Source: Macrostomum lignano
Lineage: Eukaryota
Length of the DNA: 64,000 nt
Assembly: GCA_002269645.1 (NCBI GenBank)
Contig: NIVC01000102.1
Location: forward strand, 701,950 to 765,949
Direction of reading: 5' to 3'
Of the stretch, positions 1 through 12,029 are shown one piece after another. Position 1 is the stretch's first letter. Every line of letters begins with the position of its first letter. The notes below the pieces were generated by a model that worked only from the letters and a program-made list of their open reading frames with translations, made no database searches and was not told where the DNA came from. Made by a program: the position numbers and the translations under genes.

Positions 1-43
1 CATACTCTATCATTCTACTCTATCTACCAAATGCAACTCAAAG

Positions 44-247
44 GACCCGCGCAAGTGCCTGGCCGAGGGCAAGGCCGTCACCGAGTGCGGCCTGGAGTTC
101 TTCCGCCAGATCAAGCGCCACTGCGCCCTGCCGTTCGAGCGCTACTTGAACTGCTTTGAGAAGCGCTCGACCTCTTATAACCGGCCGGCCTACTGCCGGC
201 GGGAGCAGGGCCCGTTTGACGACTGCGTGAGGCAGCACCTGGGACAG
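44..247 (+). CDS. NDUFA8: NADH dehydrogenase 1 alpha subcomplex subunit 8, internal exon (gene starts upstream of window)
   Basis: Translates DPRKCLAEGKAVTECGLEFFRQIKRHCALPFERYLNCFEK...YCRREQGPFDDCVRQHLGQ, matching the CX9C pattern and DPRxCLxEGK/FFRQIKRHC motifs of NDUFA8. Donor CAG|GTAGGT at 247/248; the acceptor at 43 is less certain. Confidence 0.88.
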
Positions 248-289
248 GTAGGTGATCGTGCGGACGGCTATGTCCTGTCACCTGTTTTA

Positions 290-1280
290 GATAGACACCG
301 GTTATCACCTGTATTATACACCGGTTATCACCTGTATTAGACACCGGTTATCACCTGTATTAGACACCGGTTATCACCTGTATTAGACACCGGTTATCAC
401 CTGTATTAGACACTGGTTATCACATGTATTAGACACCGGTTATCACCTGTATTAGACACCGGTTATCACCTGTATTAGACACCGGTTATCACCTGTATTA
501 GACACCGGTTATCACCTGTATTAGACACCGGTTATCACCTGTATTAGACACCGGTTATCACCTGTATTAGACACCGGTTATCACCTGTTTTAGACACCGG
601 TTATCACCTGTATTAGACACCGGTTATCACCTGTATTAGACACCGGTTATCACCTGTATTAGACACCGGTTATCACCTGTATTAGACACCGGTTATCACC
701 TGTATTAAACACCGGTTATCACCTGTATTAGACACCGGTTATCACCTGTTTTAGACACCGGTTATCATCTGTTTTAGACACCGGTTATCACCTGTTTTAG
801 ACACCGGTTATCACCTGTATTAGACACCGGTTATCACCTGTATTAGACACCGGTTATCACCTGTATTAGACACCGGTTATCACATGTATTAGACACCGGT
901 TATCACCTGTATTAGACACCGGTTATCACCTGTATTAGACACCGGTTATCACCTGTATTAGACACCGGTTATCACCTGTATTAGACACCGGTTATCACCT
1001 GTATTAGACACCGGTTATCACCTGTATTAGACACCGGTTATCACCTGTATTAGACACCGGTTATCACCTGTATTAGACACCGGTTATCACCTGTATTAGA
1101 CACCGGTTATCACCTGTTTTAGACACCGGTTATCACCTGTATTAAACACCGGTTATCACCTGTATTAGACACCGGTTATCACCTGTTTCAGACACCGGTT
1201 ATCACCTGTATTAGACACCGGTTATCACCTGTTTTAGACACCGGTTATCACCTGTTTTATCACCTGTTTTAGACACCGGT
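290..1280. repeat. 23-bp minisatellite (TAGACACCGGTTATCACCTGTAT)n, about 43 copies, filling the NDUFA8 intron
   Basis: Period of 23 read directly (e.g. 361, 384, 407). Confidence 0.97.
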
Positions 1281-1309
1281 TTATTCCCCCAAACCGCAAT
1301 CCCCCCCAG

Positions 1310-1585
1310 GAGCGGCCACCTCCCGGCTACTTCAGCAAGATCCGCTTGCACGACAGCCAGCGGCCGCGCCATCCGGTGCCGCCAGCCCCCATGCCGCAGC
1401 GCATCGAAGAGCGAGACTTGGACAGCGTCACTGAGCCGCCCGGCACCCCCGACCCGCTGTTTGCCTTCAACAGCCGCGACACCTCGGAGGAGGGTCAGCG
1501 CCGAGCCAGAGAGTGGCTCAGGCTCGACAAGGAGCGGACTACTAGCAGGAACTTCGTGCCACCGGCTGACGATAGCTCTGAGTGA
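1310..1585 (+). CDS. NDUFA8: NDUFA8 last coding exon
   Basis: Acceptor CCCCCCCAG at 1301-1309; phase-0 join gives LGQ|ERPPPGYFSKIRLHDSQRP, matching the RP..G..SK...RP motif. Stop TGA at 1583-1585. Confidence 0.8.
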   Translation, partial: ERPPPGYFSKIRLHDSQRPRHPVPPAPMPQRIEERDLDSVTEPPGTPDPLFAFNSRDTSEEGQRRAREWLRLDKERTTSRNFVPPADDSSE

Positions 1586-1784
1586 ATGCGGAACAGGAAA
1601 ACTGCTAAACTGCATGGCTAAACTGAAACTTAAAATATATTCTAGTAGGCTTTAAGTGGCACCGCTTGCTCGCTTGCTTGCGATTTGCACACAATATTAC
1701 TATAGAGTTAGTTTAATGTGTAGCTTTTTCATTTTAGAGTCCCAAGTTTGAAAATGTGTTCAATTTGGATCCTTTGTTTTTATC

Positions 1785-2430
1785 CCCATAATAGATTTAT
1801 AAATAGCCCCATAATGGGATTCCAAAATATCCCCATAATGGGATTCATAAGTATCCCCATAATGAGATTTATAAATATCCCCATAATAGAATTTTATAAA
1901 TATCCCCATAATGGGATTTTACAAATATCCCCATAATGAGATTCATAAATATCCCCATAAATGGATTCAGAAGTATCCCCATAATGAGATTTATAAATAT
2001 CCCTATAATAGAATTTTATAAATATCCCCATAATGGGATTTTACAAATATCCCCATAATGAGATTCATAAATATCCCCATAAATGGATTCAGAAGTATCC
2101 CCATAATGAGATTTATAAATATCCCCATAATAGAATTTTATAAATATCCCCATAATGGGATTTTACAAATATCCCCATAATGAAATTCATAAATATCCCC
2201 ATAAATGGGATTCATAAGTATCCCCATAATGAGATTCATAAATATCCCCATAATGAGATTCATAAATATCCCCATAATGAGATTCATAAATATCCCAATA
2301 ATGAGATTCATAAATATCCCAATAATGGGATTTTATAAATATCCCCATAATGAGATTCATAAATATTCCCATAATGATATTTTACAAATATCCCCATAAT
2401 GGAATTCATAACTATCCCCATAATGGGATC
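1785..2430. repeat. ~24-bp satellite (CCCCATAATGAGATTCATAAATAT-like) with a 122-bp higher-order repeat
   Basis: Monomers seen directly; the variant GTATCCCC recurs at 1851, 1973 and 2095. Confidence 0.93.
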
Positions 2431-2744
2431 CATAAATAGTTTTATATTGCAAACTAAAAAACAGAGCTTAGTGCAACCGACAACTTAAAGCCCATTACCT
2501 GTCCCACTGTACAACAAAATGTAGAGTCATATTGCCGTTTAAATAATTAATTAATGTGCTCATTTAAATATAATGTTTAATTGTTATAGGAACTTACTCT
2601 ACTACTGACTAATAGTCTAAAGGCAGTGTTGTTAGAACTTCATCAAATAGTAAACAGCATAGTTTTGAACCAAATCATGAACTTGTTTGCTTTTTATTCA
2701 TTTTATAAGTAGCTTTTATGTTGTACTTGTATAAACCCAGGTGG

Positions 2745-2960
2745 GTGAAGAGGCGGCACTGAGGCATCTGTGGGTAAAGGGGGGGGGGGGGTAAAGGGGG
2801 GCACTGAGGCATCTGTGGGTGGGTGAAGGGGCGGCACTGAGGCATCTGTGGGTGGGTGAAGGGGCGGCACTGAGGCACTGGGTGGGTGAAGGATCGGTAC
2901 TGAGGCACTGGGTGGGTGAAGGGGCGGCATTGAGGCATCTGTGGGTGGGTGAAAAAGCCG
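2745..2960. repeat. G-rich 30-33-bp tandem repeat (GGCACTGAGGCATCTGTGGGTGGGTGAAGGGGC)
   Basis: About 6 copies seen directly. Confidence 0.9.
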
Positions 2961-3942
2961 GCATTGAAGTTCATGAAAAAAAGGTTAATCAAAAGTTTCT
3001 CAGATCAAACAGTTGAAGTTAAATCAGAGTTGCGCTACGAAAATAATTTATGCATAAATTTTATTATAATTCGCATTTATGATGTGAATAACCAAGGCAC
3101 AGGTAAAATAATAGTAATAATTAAAATATCTTGGTAATCTATATAATACTCGTAAATGTAAAATCCGACTTTAAAATAAGGCATATTCGTGAACTCTGAG
3201 CATAATTCATATACTACTGCTTCTATGCGCGTATACAGTAGTATATAAAGCATTGTGAGCTAACATTAGCCATCAATTGTGCATCATCAGACACACGGAA
3301 TATAAACTGGAGCAATGATTAAGAAGCTAAAATATCCTTTAAAAGTGTGCCAACAGAAGTACATGTGTAGCTAGCTCGTCTGTTGAAGGCCGAAGGGTCC
3401 ATGCTGTTGTACACAAGGTACAATACTGGTTTGAAAGTAGAACAAATAGTTCGAATCTATAAATTATCATTTCTGTTTAGCAAGGGTTTTTTTGATATAA
3501 AATATCGCATTTTACACTAATTAATATAATTAATTAATCAAGATACACAGAATACTCTAATTACACTACTTATCAAAATAGCAGTAGTATCTCTAGGACA
3601 TTGGTCATTAAAATAGAGGCAGTCAGTTATACTACACGTGTACACTTCGAAATGTACAAAAATGCGAAATCTAAATATTTCAAGGTCGAAGCAGTTTTGG
3701 AGAATTTTTCCATTGAAATAAAATAAAAGTACATGCAAATCTAGTACTATTAGTAGGTTGCCAGCTATATAGGGCAAAAATACTATAGATGAAATCAACA
3801 ATTACAACATTTAACTGACACTTAAAGGAAAGGCAGTTGGTTCTTCAAGAAACTGTAATACAAGGCACAGTTCGGAGAGTATTACAATTTTATTCTTAAA
3901 TGAGTTTTAAGCAGAAATTAATCTCTTAATTGAATAGCGGAT

Positions 3943-4190
3943 CTACTTTGCACTAACCGGTCCACCATAGATGCTGCTTGCCTTGACCTTCAGGAATTCC
4001 GTCATGCCTTCGTCTGCCTGCTTGGTCAGCTGGTCTCTCAGCTTGGCCTGATGCTCCTTCATGGTGACATTGGCTGGCAGCTTTCTTGAGCCCCCGACGC
4101 TGATCACCCACGGATGGCAGAGCACGTCCACTGCGGTGTACCGTCGTCGTCTGTCAACTACTAACAGGCGCTGGATGAGGTCTTTAGCCG
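3943..4190 (-). CDS. DCLK: Doublecortin-like kinase, exon 5 (last)
   Basis: Phase-1 join gives SAKDLIQRLLVVDRRRRYTAVDVLCHPWV; acceptor CCAG at 4191; stop TAG at 3943-3945. Confidence 0.92.
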
Positions 4191-4585
4191 CTGGAATTCC
4201 GGTTTGAAAATAATTATTACAGTTAGAAAAACAAATTTGTTTTAATTTATTTAATTTCATACCTTCTTAGAGTCTACTATTTTCCAAGAAATCATAACAT
4301 TATACACGACTCAAAATCTGTGCTTGAAAAATTCTATTAAAATAGTAGCTGATTAGTTTCTAGGAAACTTCCTAGAACTTATTTAAAATTCTAAGAAAAA
4401 ACTTCGAAACCTACGAGAAATAAAAGTAGGAGATATTTGGTGCTTCAAAATATTTTCCGGGTTTTTGGCACCGGTTTAAATTTGCCAACGAGTTGAAGTA
4501 AAAAAAACGAATAAAAAACACATTCATTCGTACATTATTTCAGTAAACACCATAATATTCGATAAAAGTATAATTCAAAACTCAC

Positions 4586-4753
4586 ACAGCGAGATGTGAT
4601 CCCAGTAGGGACTGAGGAACTCAAACACGCCCGATTTGATAAACTGGAACAGTTCCGTTTGCCGGCGTTCCCGGCTTCGGAAGGGCGGAAATCCGCACAG
4701 GAGAATGTACGTGATGACGCCAAGAGCCCACAGGTCCACCTCGAGACCATAGC
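4586..4753 (-). CDS. DCLK: Doublecortin-like kinase, exon 4
   Basis: [27 protein letters not shown]...[13 protein letters not shown]; acceptor TGCAG at 4754, donor GTGAGT at 4585. Confidence 0.92.
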
Positions 4754-4809
4754 CTGCAGTAATCAAACATCATTAATCTTTAAATATTACTGTTGTAAAT
4801 ACTTTGACA

Positions 4810-5515
4810 CCTGCCCAACCTGTCTAAATAGATGTTTTACAAGTATAATTGGATCTTTCACCTGTCTAATTGGATGTTTCACCTGTCTAAATGGATGTTT
4901 CACCTGTCTAATTGGATGTTTCACCTGTCTAAGGAGATGTTTCACCTGTCTAATTAGATGTTTCACCTGTCTAATTAGATGTTTTACAAGTGTAATTGGA
5001 TCTTTAACCTGTCTAATTGGATGTTTCACCTGTCTAATTAGATGTTTCACCTATCTAATTGGATGTTTCACCTGTCTAATTTGATGTTTCACCTGTCTAA
5101 GGAGATGTTTCACCTGTCTAAGGAGATGTTTCACCTGTCTAAGGAGATGTTTCACCTGTCTAAGGAGATGTTTCACCTGTCTAAGGAGATGTTTCACCTG
5201 TCTAAGGAGATGTTTCACCTGTCTAATTAGATGTTTTACAAGTATAATTGGATCTTTCACCTGTCTAATTGGATGTTTCACCTGTCTAATTGGATGTTTC
5301 ACCACTCTAATTGGATGTTTCACCTGTCTAATTTGATGTTTCACCTGTCTAAGGAGATGTTTTACAAGTATAATTGGATCTTTTACCTGTCTAATTGGAT
5401 GTTTCACCTGTCTAATTGGATGTTTCACCTGTCTAATTAGATGTTTCACCTGTCTAATTGAATGTTTCACCTGTCTAATTAGATGTTTCACCTGTCTAAT
5501 TGGATGTTTCACTAG
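4810..5515. repeat. 21-bp minisatellite (GATGTTTCACCTGTCTAATTA/G)n, about 33 copies, in DCLK intron 3
   Basis: Seen directly; explains the 7-aa periodic ORFs in the track. Confidence 0.96.
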
Positions 5516-5619
5516 TTAAAACCGATATTTTATCCGTCTAATTTCTTTCCAAACAGCAATCCAGTTAGCTATAAGAGAATCAAGGTTACGTCTAGAAGTG
5601 AAGCAATAGCAATACTCGC

Positions 5620-5752
5620 CTCTCTCCTCCAGAATCTCCGGAGCAACATAGGTAGGGGTTCCGCAGACTGTGTAAATCGGCTTCTCAACCTCCATCGCTA
5701 GACCGAAGTCGCCCAGTTTCAAGCTGATCCGATTGTCTTTGGTGCGGTAAAC
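5620..5752 (-). CDS. DCLK: Doublecortin-like kinase, exon 3 (DFG to APE)
   Basis: [44 protein letters not shown]; acceptor GCAG at 5753; phase-1 donor is GCGAGT at 5619. Confidence 0.9.
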
Positions 5753-5794
5753 CTGCGGATGGAAGATAAAATGGCGTCATATTCCCATAACACT

Positions 5795-5925
5795 ACCAGA
5801 TCCCAAATCCCAGATCCAAGATCCTAGATCCCTAATCTCAGATCTCAGATCCCAAATCCCACGTCCCAGATCCCAGAATCCCAGATCCCGAATGCTCTCA
5901 AATCCCAGATCCCAAATCCATAATC
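5795..5925. repeat. Degenerate (CCCAGAT)n 7-bp repeat in DCLK intron 2
   Basis: Seen directly. Confidence 0.85.
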
Positions 5926-6024
5926 CCTAATATGTCCCCAAATTAGAAATTAGGCTCCTACACTCTGAACTCCCAACAAAGAGTAATTACTGTAATCCCT
6001 ACAAGGTATCAACTTGTCCCTTAC

Positions 6025-8116
6025 CAGCAAGTTCTCAGGCTTGAGGTCCCGGTGCACAATATTCCTGCTGTGCAGGTAGAACAGCGCATTGGCCATGTCA
6101 GCCACCATGTGAGCCGCCTGGGTCTCGTTGAACTTCACAACCTGACTGATGGCGTCAAACAGGTCGCCACCTTTGACCAGCTCCATCACCAGGTAGATCT
6201 CCGTGCGAGTCTCGTACTCCTCCACCAGGCGGACAATGTTATGATGCTGGCACATCTTCATGATGCGAACCTCATTGATCACCATGTGCTCCTTGCCGCG
6301 CAGCTTGGACTTGTCAATCACTTTCATGGCGTATTCGTTTCGGCTCTCCTTCTTGACGCAGGCCCGGACGATGGCGAAGTTGCCGTCGCCCATGGTTTTG
6401 CCCAGTTCGAAGCGTTCGTTGATGAACCGGCTGGATGAGATGGGGCGGATCAGCGGCCGCTGGGAGTCGGGCGGGGCCGGCGGCTGCTGCTGCTCATCCG
6501 ACTTCTCACTCTCCGACTGACGCTTCTTCGATGCGCTCTTCTTGGGAGTCTTGAGAGTTTGTCGTTGAGGCGATTCCTTCTTGGCCTTCTCCTTGGCCGA
6601 CGCCCGCTGTTGCTGGTCCTTCTTTTCATCAGGCTTCCTAGGCGTCTCCTGGACGCTGGAAGCTTCATCAGATGGTGTGGCGGCTGCTGCGGTAGCGGTG
6701 GCGGTGACAGTGGCTGCGGCAGTGGTGGCCGCCGTGGCCTCCTTCTCTTCCTCGCGCACCGGGGACAGGACCCGAGCCACCGGAGTTTCCGGTTTCGGTG
6801 TGGATGACCGTCTTGACTGTTGATGTTGCTGCTGCTGCTGCTGCTGAAGCTGCCTTGGCGATGGGTGCTTGGGAGATTTTGTGTCGGCGGCTGCCACGGC
6901 GGCAGGTTCCGGTGGAAGCTGCGGAAGCGACGGCAGTGCCTGATCAGCTTCCTGCTGCTGCTGCTCCTCTCGCTGCTCCTCCTGCTGCTTCTTCTCCTTG
7001 CGCGCCTGCTTCTCGTCTGCTTTTCGAGATTTCTCAGCAGTCTGCGGCTCCTTGGAAGAGGCTTGGATCGGTGGCAACACAACTCGACCCTTGGCTTGCT
7101 GCTGCTGCTGCTGTTGCTGCTGTTGTTTCCCTGCCGGAGTCTCGCGCTGTTTACCCAACCGGCGCTGCTTGTCCTTCTTCGCTGTCGCTGCCTCATCAGC
7201 CAGTCGCTGCTCCTCCGCCAGCCTCTGCTGCCGGCTGATCTCCTCCGGCTCCTGCGGCTGCTGCTGCTGCTGCGATGGCGGCTCGTGGATCAGCGGCAGC
7301 GGCTTCGAATGCCGCCGGGCTGCCAGAGCCTGGCGCAGCGGCTCGCCTCGGAGCGGAGCGGCGCCGGAGGTCGGGGTGGACGCCGAGCCCTCAGCCTCCT
7401 CGTAGCCGCTGTCTCGCTCTTCAACGCGCGGAGGCGGCAGCTGCTGCGGCTGCCGAGACTGCTTCTGCTGCTGCTGCTGCTGAGCGGTCACGTGACCCTT
7501 GCTGCCGCGTCGCTTCTGCTGGCGTCGGAGCCGGCGCTCCCAGTGTCGGAGCAACGACTTGACTTCGGCGTTCCCGGGTACAACTCGTCCAGCAGGTCGG
7601 ACACCCGATCCAGCGTCATCGCCTCCTCGCCGGAGCTGCCCACGAAGATCTCCTCGTCGCGGAACAGGTCGCCGACGTCCCGAACGTCCCTGCCGGCGAT
7701 GCTCCACAGTCGGCGAAGTCGCCCGCCGCGCCGTCCGCCGCCGAACGAGTCGGAGATGTCGGCCAGCAGCTGCTGGAAGCTTTGCACCCCGCGCCTGTTC
7801 AGCAGGATCTTCACCACCTGGCGCGGCCGCTGACCGTCCTTGATGACGGTGATCACCTTGGGCTGGCGGGGGGCACCACCGATGCCAGCGGAAGCATCGG
7901 CGCCGGCTCCGCTGCCAGCCTCGTGTCCGCGGGATCCTCGGAGAGCGGCGAAGCGGCTGGACTCGGGCGGGTGCTTGAGCTGCAGAGCCTGCGGCTGCTG
8001 CTGGCCGTGGTGCTGCCGCTTCAGGAACCTTGATGGCGGGAACGCGTTGTAGCCGGCGAATTGGGAGCTGCTGCCTGTGTAGATGGCGGAGTCGAAGTTG
8101 CCGCTGGACTGCGCGC
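6025..8116 (-). CDS. DCLK: Doublecortin-like kinase, exon 2 (second DCX domain, Q/E/P-rich linker, kinase N-lobe to HRDLKPEN), with a 1-nt frame break near 7575
   Basis: Acceptor TCAG at 8117, in phase with exon 1. DCX2 (VITVIKDGQRPRQVVKILLN) lies in one frame, and the linker plus kinase (MGDGNFAIV, YAMKVIDK, HRDLKPEN) lie in the -1 frame. Donor CTG|GTAAG at 6025/6024. Confidence 0.88.
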
Positions 8117-8154
8117 CTGAGAGGGTTTGATAGACGGCACTGTAGTTAGGGATC

Positions 8155-8272
<118 letters not shown>

Positions 8273-8573
8273 CTCATCTACCTATCAGGTTCTTTTGAAA
8301 CTAGAAAATGAAAAACCGAAAGGAAAATCGATAATTTCTAAAAAACACAGCCTATGTTAAAATGATAAAGGTGCACTAAACAAGGTGAGTGCAAGAATTC
8401 TAATAAATTGATTCAACCCCTAGCATCAGGGGCAGGCAAAAGGATTTTTTAAAAATCTCTTACCCTCTAAAACAGGGAACAGAAGAATTGAATATTGACA
8501 GTTAGAAAGCTGCGTGAATGTGTGAACATGCGAACTCAATGCGGTGAGTTGCCAGTAGTCTCAATCAGCTCAC

Positions 8574-8949
8574 CTTTGCCCCAGGGCAGCAGCTCGGCGG
8601 CTCCATACTTCACAGGCTTGAAAGTCTCATTGCCAGCGCACACGTACGCGCCGCCGTCCCGCAGGTCGGAGATGCTTCCAAGGCGTCGGCCGCTGCTGGG
8701 CGAGAACAGCTGCCTGACGCCATTGGGCAGGTACAGATTCTGCGGCATCCGGTACGTCAGGTCCTGCAGCAGGTCGTTGTAGGACACGTACCTGTTCGGC
8801 GTGATGCTCACCTTCTTGCCCTTGAAGAAGATGTCGCCGTTGCAGAAAATCACTATCCGCTTCTGCCGGCGCCGCTCCTCCCTGGCCTGACGTCGGGCGG
8901 CCAGGAGGCTGCCAACATTGCCGCTGTGCTCCATCAGTGCGCTGGTCAT
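8574..8949 (-). CDS. DCLK: Doublecortin-like kinase, exon 1 (first DCX domain)
   Basis: gccATG at 8949; KRIVIFCNGDIFFKGKKVSIT...GVRQLFSPSSGRRLGSISDLRDGGAYVCAGNETFKPVKYG is a DCX domain; donor G|GTGAG at 8574/8573 (phase 1). Confidence 0.9.
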
Positions 8950-11900
8950 GGCACACGGCAGTCACAGCGCTCTGTGTCTGAACTCAAATTTGAAATTCAA
9001 TAACCAACTATGCCGGAATTGAATCGCAGTTTGTTTTGTCCACACTGAAATAATAAATTTCAGGAGAAAGTATTTGAAAAGGGCTTGAAACGCTCGGATC
9101 CCGTTTTTTAACTCATTTTGTCGATGCTTGGATACAGATAACACCTGCCTGTGTCTGTCAAACCAGTCTCTGTCTGCGCTGACCATAAATAATGGAGAGC
9201 GCGAGTGTAAGTGAGCTAGGATTTACTGTGCTAGAGATGAAGAGAAGAGAAGAGGGTAGGCAGGTAGGCAGCGACAGAGCAAAGAATGAAGTGCATCTTT
9301 ACTTAACCAACCGTCCAGCTGAAGGCATAAAAGGAGCCCATTTTGCAGCAGTTGAATTCAAAGGGAAAGAAAGATGAGATGAAGCTCTACGTTCATCCAT
9401 CGCGCATCTGCAGCGGCATTGGCAGCAAAGATTAAAAGCCAAAGAGTACAGTTGCTGCAAATGCCTATGAGGAATATAGGCCGGTTGGGGTGGGGGTGAA
9501 GCAGTCTTGGAGTCTTGGAAAGGCAGACAAACACCTCACCTGCCTTCCACCTGAAACTAAGCCTATTGAACAACGAACTGGCTTCAATCTCTTACCTCTA
9601 ACCCCCCCATAATTAAAAAAATACCTGCACACCCTAGCAACCACTGGCTTGCTCGCCAACTCCCCACAAAAGACGTTTTTCTGCTTTGTGTGCAAAGCGA
9701 AGCAAAGTACGCCAGTTCTCTTGTCGTCAGCTCATAACGGGTTGAGGAGGGCTGAGAAATGAGATGGGGGAGAGAGCGAGGGAGCGGTGGGACGGCAGTA
9801 GTCTATAGCAGATATCAGTCAGCTTGTGCTTTTTCGCTGTTTGCCAGAGCCTTGTTTACATTTGCTAGGGAGAGAGTGAGAATGCAACGGTAGAGAGAGA
9901 GATGGACAGATTTCAGCAGGGCAGAGTTTGAGCAGATCTTCTCCAGTTTCTTTTGTTTGTCATCCATGCAACCCCGTTATGGCTCCTGTCTTCTGTCTGT
10001 TTTAGAATTTTTAACTACGAATATTATTTTCTCGAATGTTTGAAACCAAAATGCTGGCTAAAAACGAAGGGTTCGAAAGTTCAGAAAAATAGCAAAAAAA
10101 GTACACGCTAAACTTATAAATTTAAACAATAATTAAGTCAAGATCAACATGACTGTCACTTCTTTGATGCTAAATATGGCTAATCAAAAAGTGCCAAAAA
10201 CATGAGACTTAAATCTTACACAGTGTTATTGAACTTTTGGTTTCTTTTAAATTTATAATTTTAAATTTTCAGCATAATAATTGTTTATAAAAAAGTTAAA
10301 CTATACTGCAAACTGATATAGAGTAAGCAATAACATTACATGCAGATATAATTTTGTCTCAAGCAAGAAAATTCTTAATTTTTCGCTTACACTCTAAGGC
10401 AGGAAAAAAAGAAGTATAAACTGCCATTTAGACAGAAGAAAAGAGTTCAAAGAAAAAACTGAAATTAAAAAAGTAATGAAATATTTTTAAAACATTCTTA
10501 GCTTGAATATAAAGTTTCTTTTAAATCAAAAATCAAAACTTTTGACAGCCAAAAAACATATTCCTTATAAAAATTTAAATGATTAAAAAACAAGCCACAG
10601 TAAGTCAGTGACTAGCTAAATAATGTTCAAGTAGGATTAAATAAAATAGTCCGAAATGAAAATAATTTCCTTTGTCCATTTAAATTAATCTTAAAAATGA
10701 TCTTATACTAATTGAGAGTTATTACTTATATATTAAACTACTAAAGTCTTGGCCACAAAAATAAAAAATTTTAAAACAAAATAATTCTACTATACTCTTA
10801 TGATTCTTATCTGACTGACTGATTCTAACACTAATAATACAATAATCCAAACTGAGATTCACACAATTTTCGACTATTATATATTGAATAGACACATGAA
10901 CTATGTCTATTGAACCATAGCTACAAAACTTGTGAAGGGCACTACAAGCTATCAAAAAGATGATAACGTGGCACGTGGCTGGTAGATGAAAACGCTACCA
11001 CTAGAAAGATCATCATACTTTGCTCTATCTACGCTCGTACTATGAAACTGCATCAAAATCAGTTTTCAAACCTAGTCGTAGTCGGTAGGGACGGTAGGCA
11101 GGTTAAGAATAGAAAACACATTCACCCTATTAAAATATTTTAGAAGGGCCTCAAATTTCGCAGTTTGCTTAGCAATCAGAGTTGCAAGTTGGACTGCACT
11201 ACCGTGTACGGTCTACCGTACCGTACCGTACCGTACCGTTTCTGAAAAGCTCGACATGAAAAATTAATTAAAAGTTATACCGTTAAAATAAATAATTTAT
11301 TGTTTGCACTAACAATAAGATACGTTTGGTAGAAAAGTATTTCAACTTAGTTCACACAAAACATTTTTATTAGATAAGCATCTCAGTAATGGTGCCACAC
11401 ATGTTAGCTAAACTAAAAATAATTTTGACAGTTTTTGCTTAATCACTTAAACATTTCTTAACATATCCGGAAAAAGAAGCCGCTATAAATGCTTACAGTG
11501 TACTTGCGTTGTAGCCAATGATAATTGTAATAAGTGAAAATAAAGGAATGAGATTTCATTCCTTGACAAAATTCAGTAACCAAATTGATATATTTTTAAT
11601 CGCTTCGTTACATGTATTATTGATATATCACCATATTGTGTGCGAACTGGCACAAAATGAAACCACTGGGATGGAGCCCAAAATGTGGGCTACTGACCAA
11701 GCCGACAGCCAACCAAATAATTTTTCGGACGGTTGACTAGAAGAAATGCCCCTTCCTCCTTTCATTCTTTTCCTCGTACGAGTAGTCTGCAAGATGGTGA
11801 TCAAAGCCACGAATAAAAAGGCTTCAAGGCCTAAACTGTCAAATCTGTTTAAGATTTAAGAAATTTACGAAAAACATGCATATTTTTCTGCTTTTCGAAA

Positions 11901-12029
11901 GCAAAAATAACCATTTATCTGCCAGGACTGTCGCGTTATCTTGCTGCAAGTATAGCTTTTGTTAACACCGCCAGCTTTATCGTTAATTCTTTGCTTTCCT
12001 GCACCATCAGATATAAATGGCTGTTGAGG

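Noticed and set aside
290-1280. CRISPR-like reading of the 21-24-bp arrays
   Set aside because: Units are directly adjacent with no unique spacers, there are no cas genes, and the DNA is eukaryotic.
1450-1585. Apparently extended NDUFA8 C-terminus
   Set aside because: This region varies in length among animals; without an alignment it cannot be called unusual.
6820-7833. 337-aa Leu-rich + strand ORF and other ORFs overlapping DCLK exon 2
   Set aside because: Antisense or alternate-frame shadows of the GC-rich CAG/GAG-rich coding strand.
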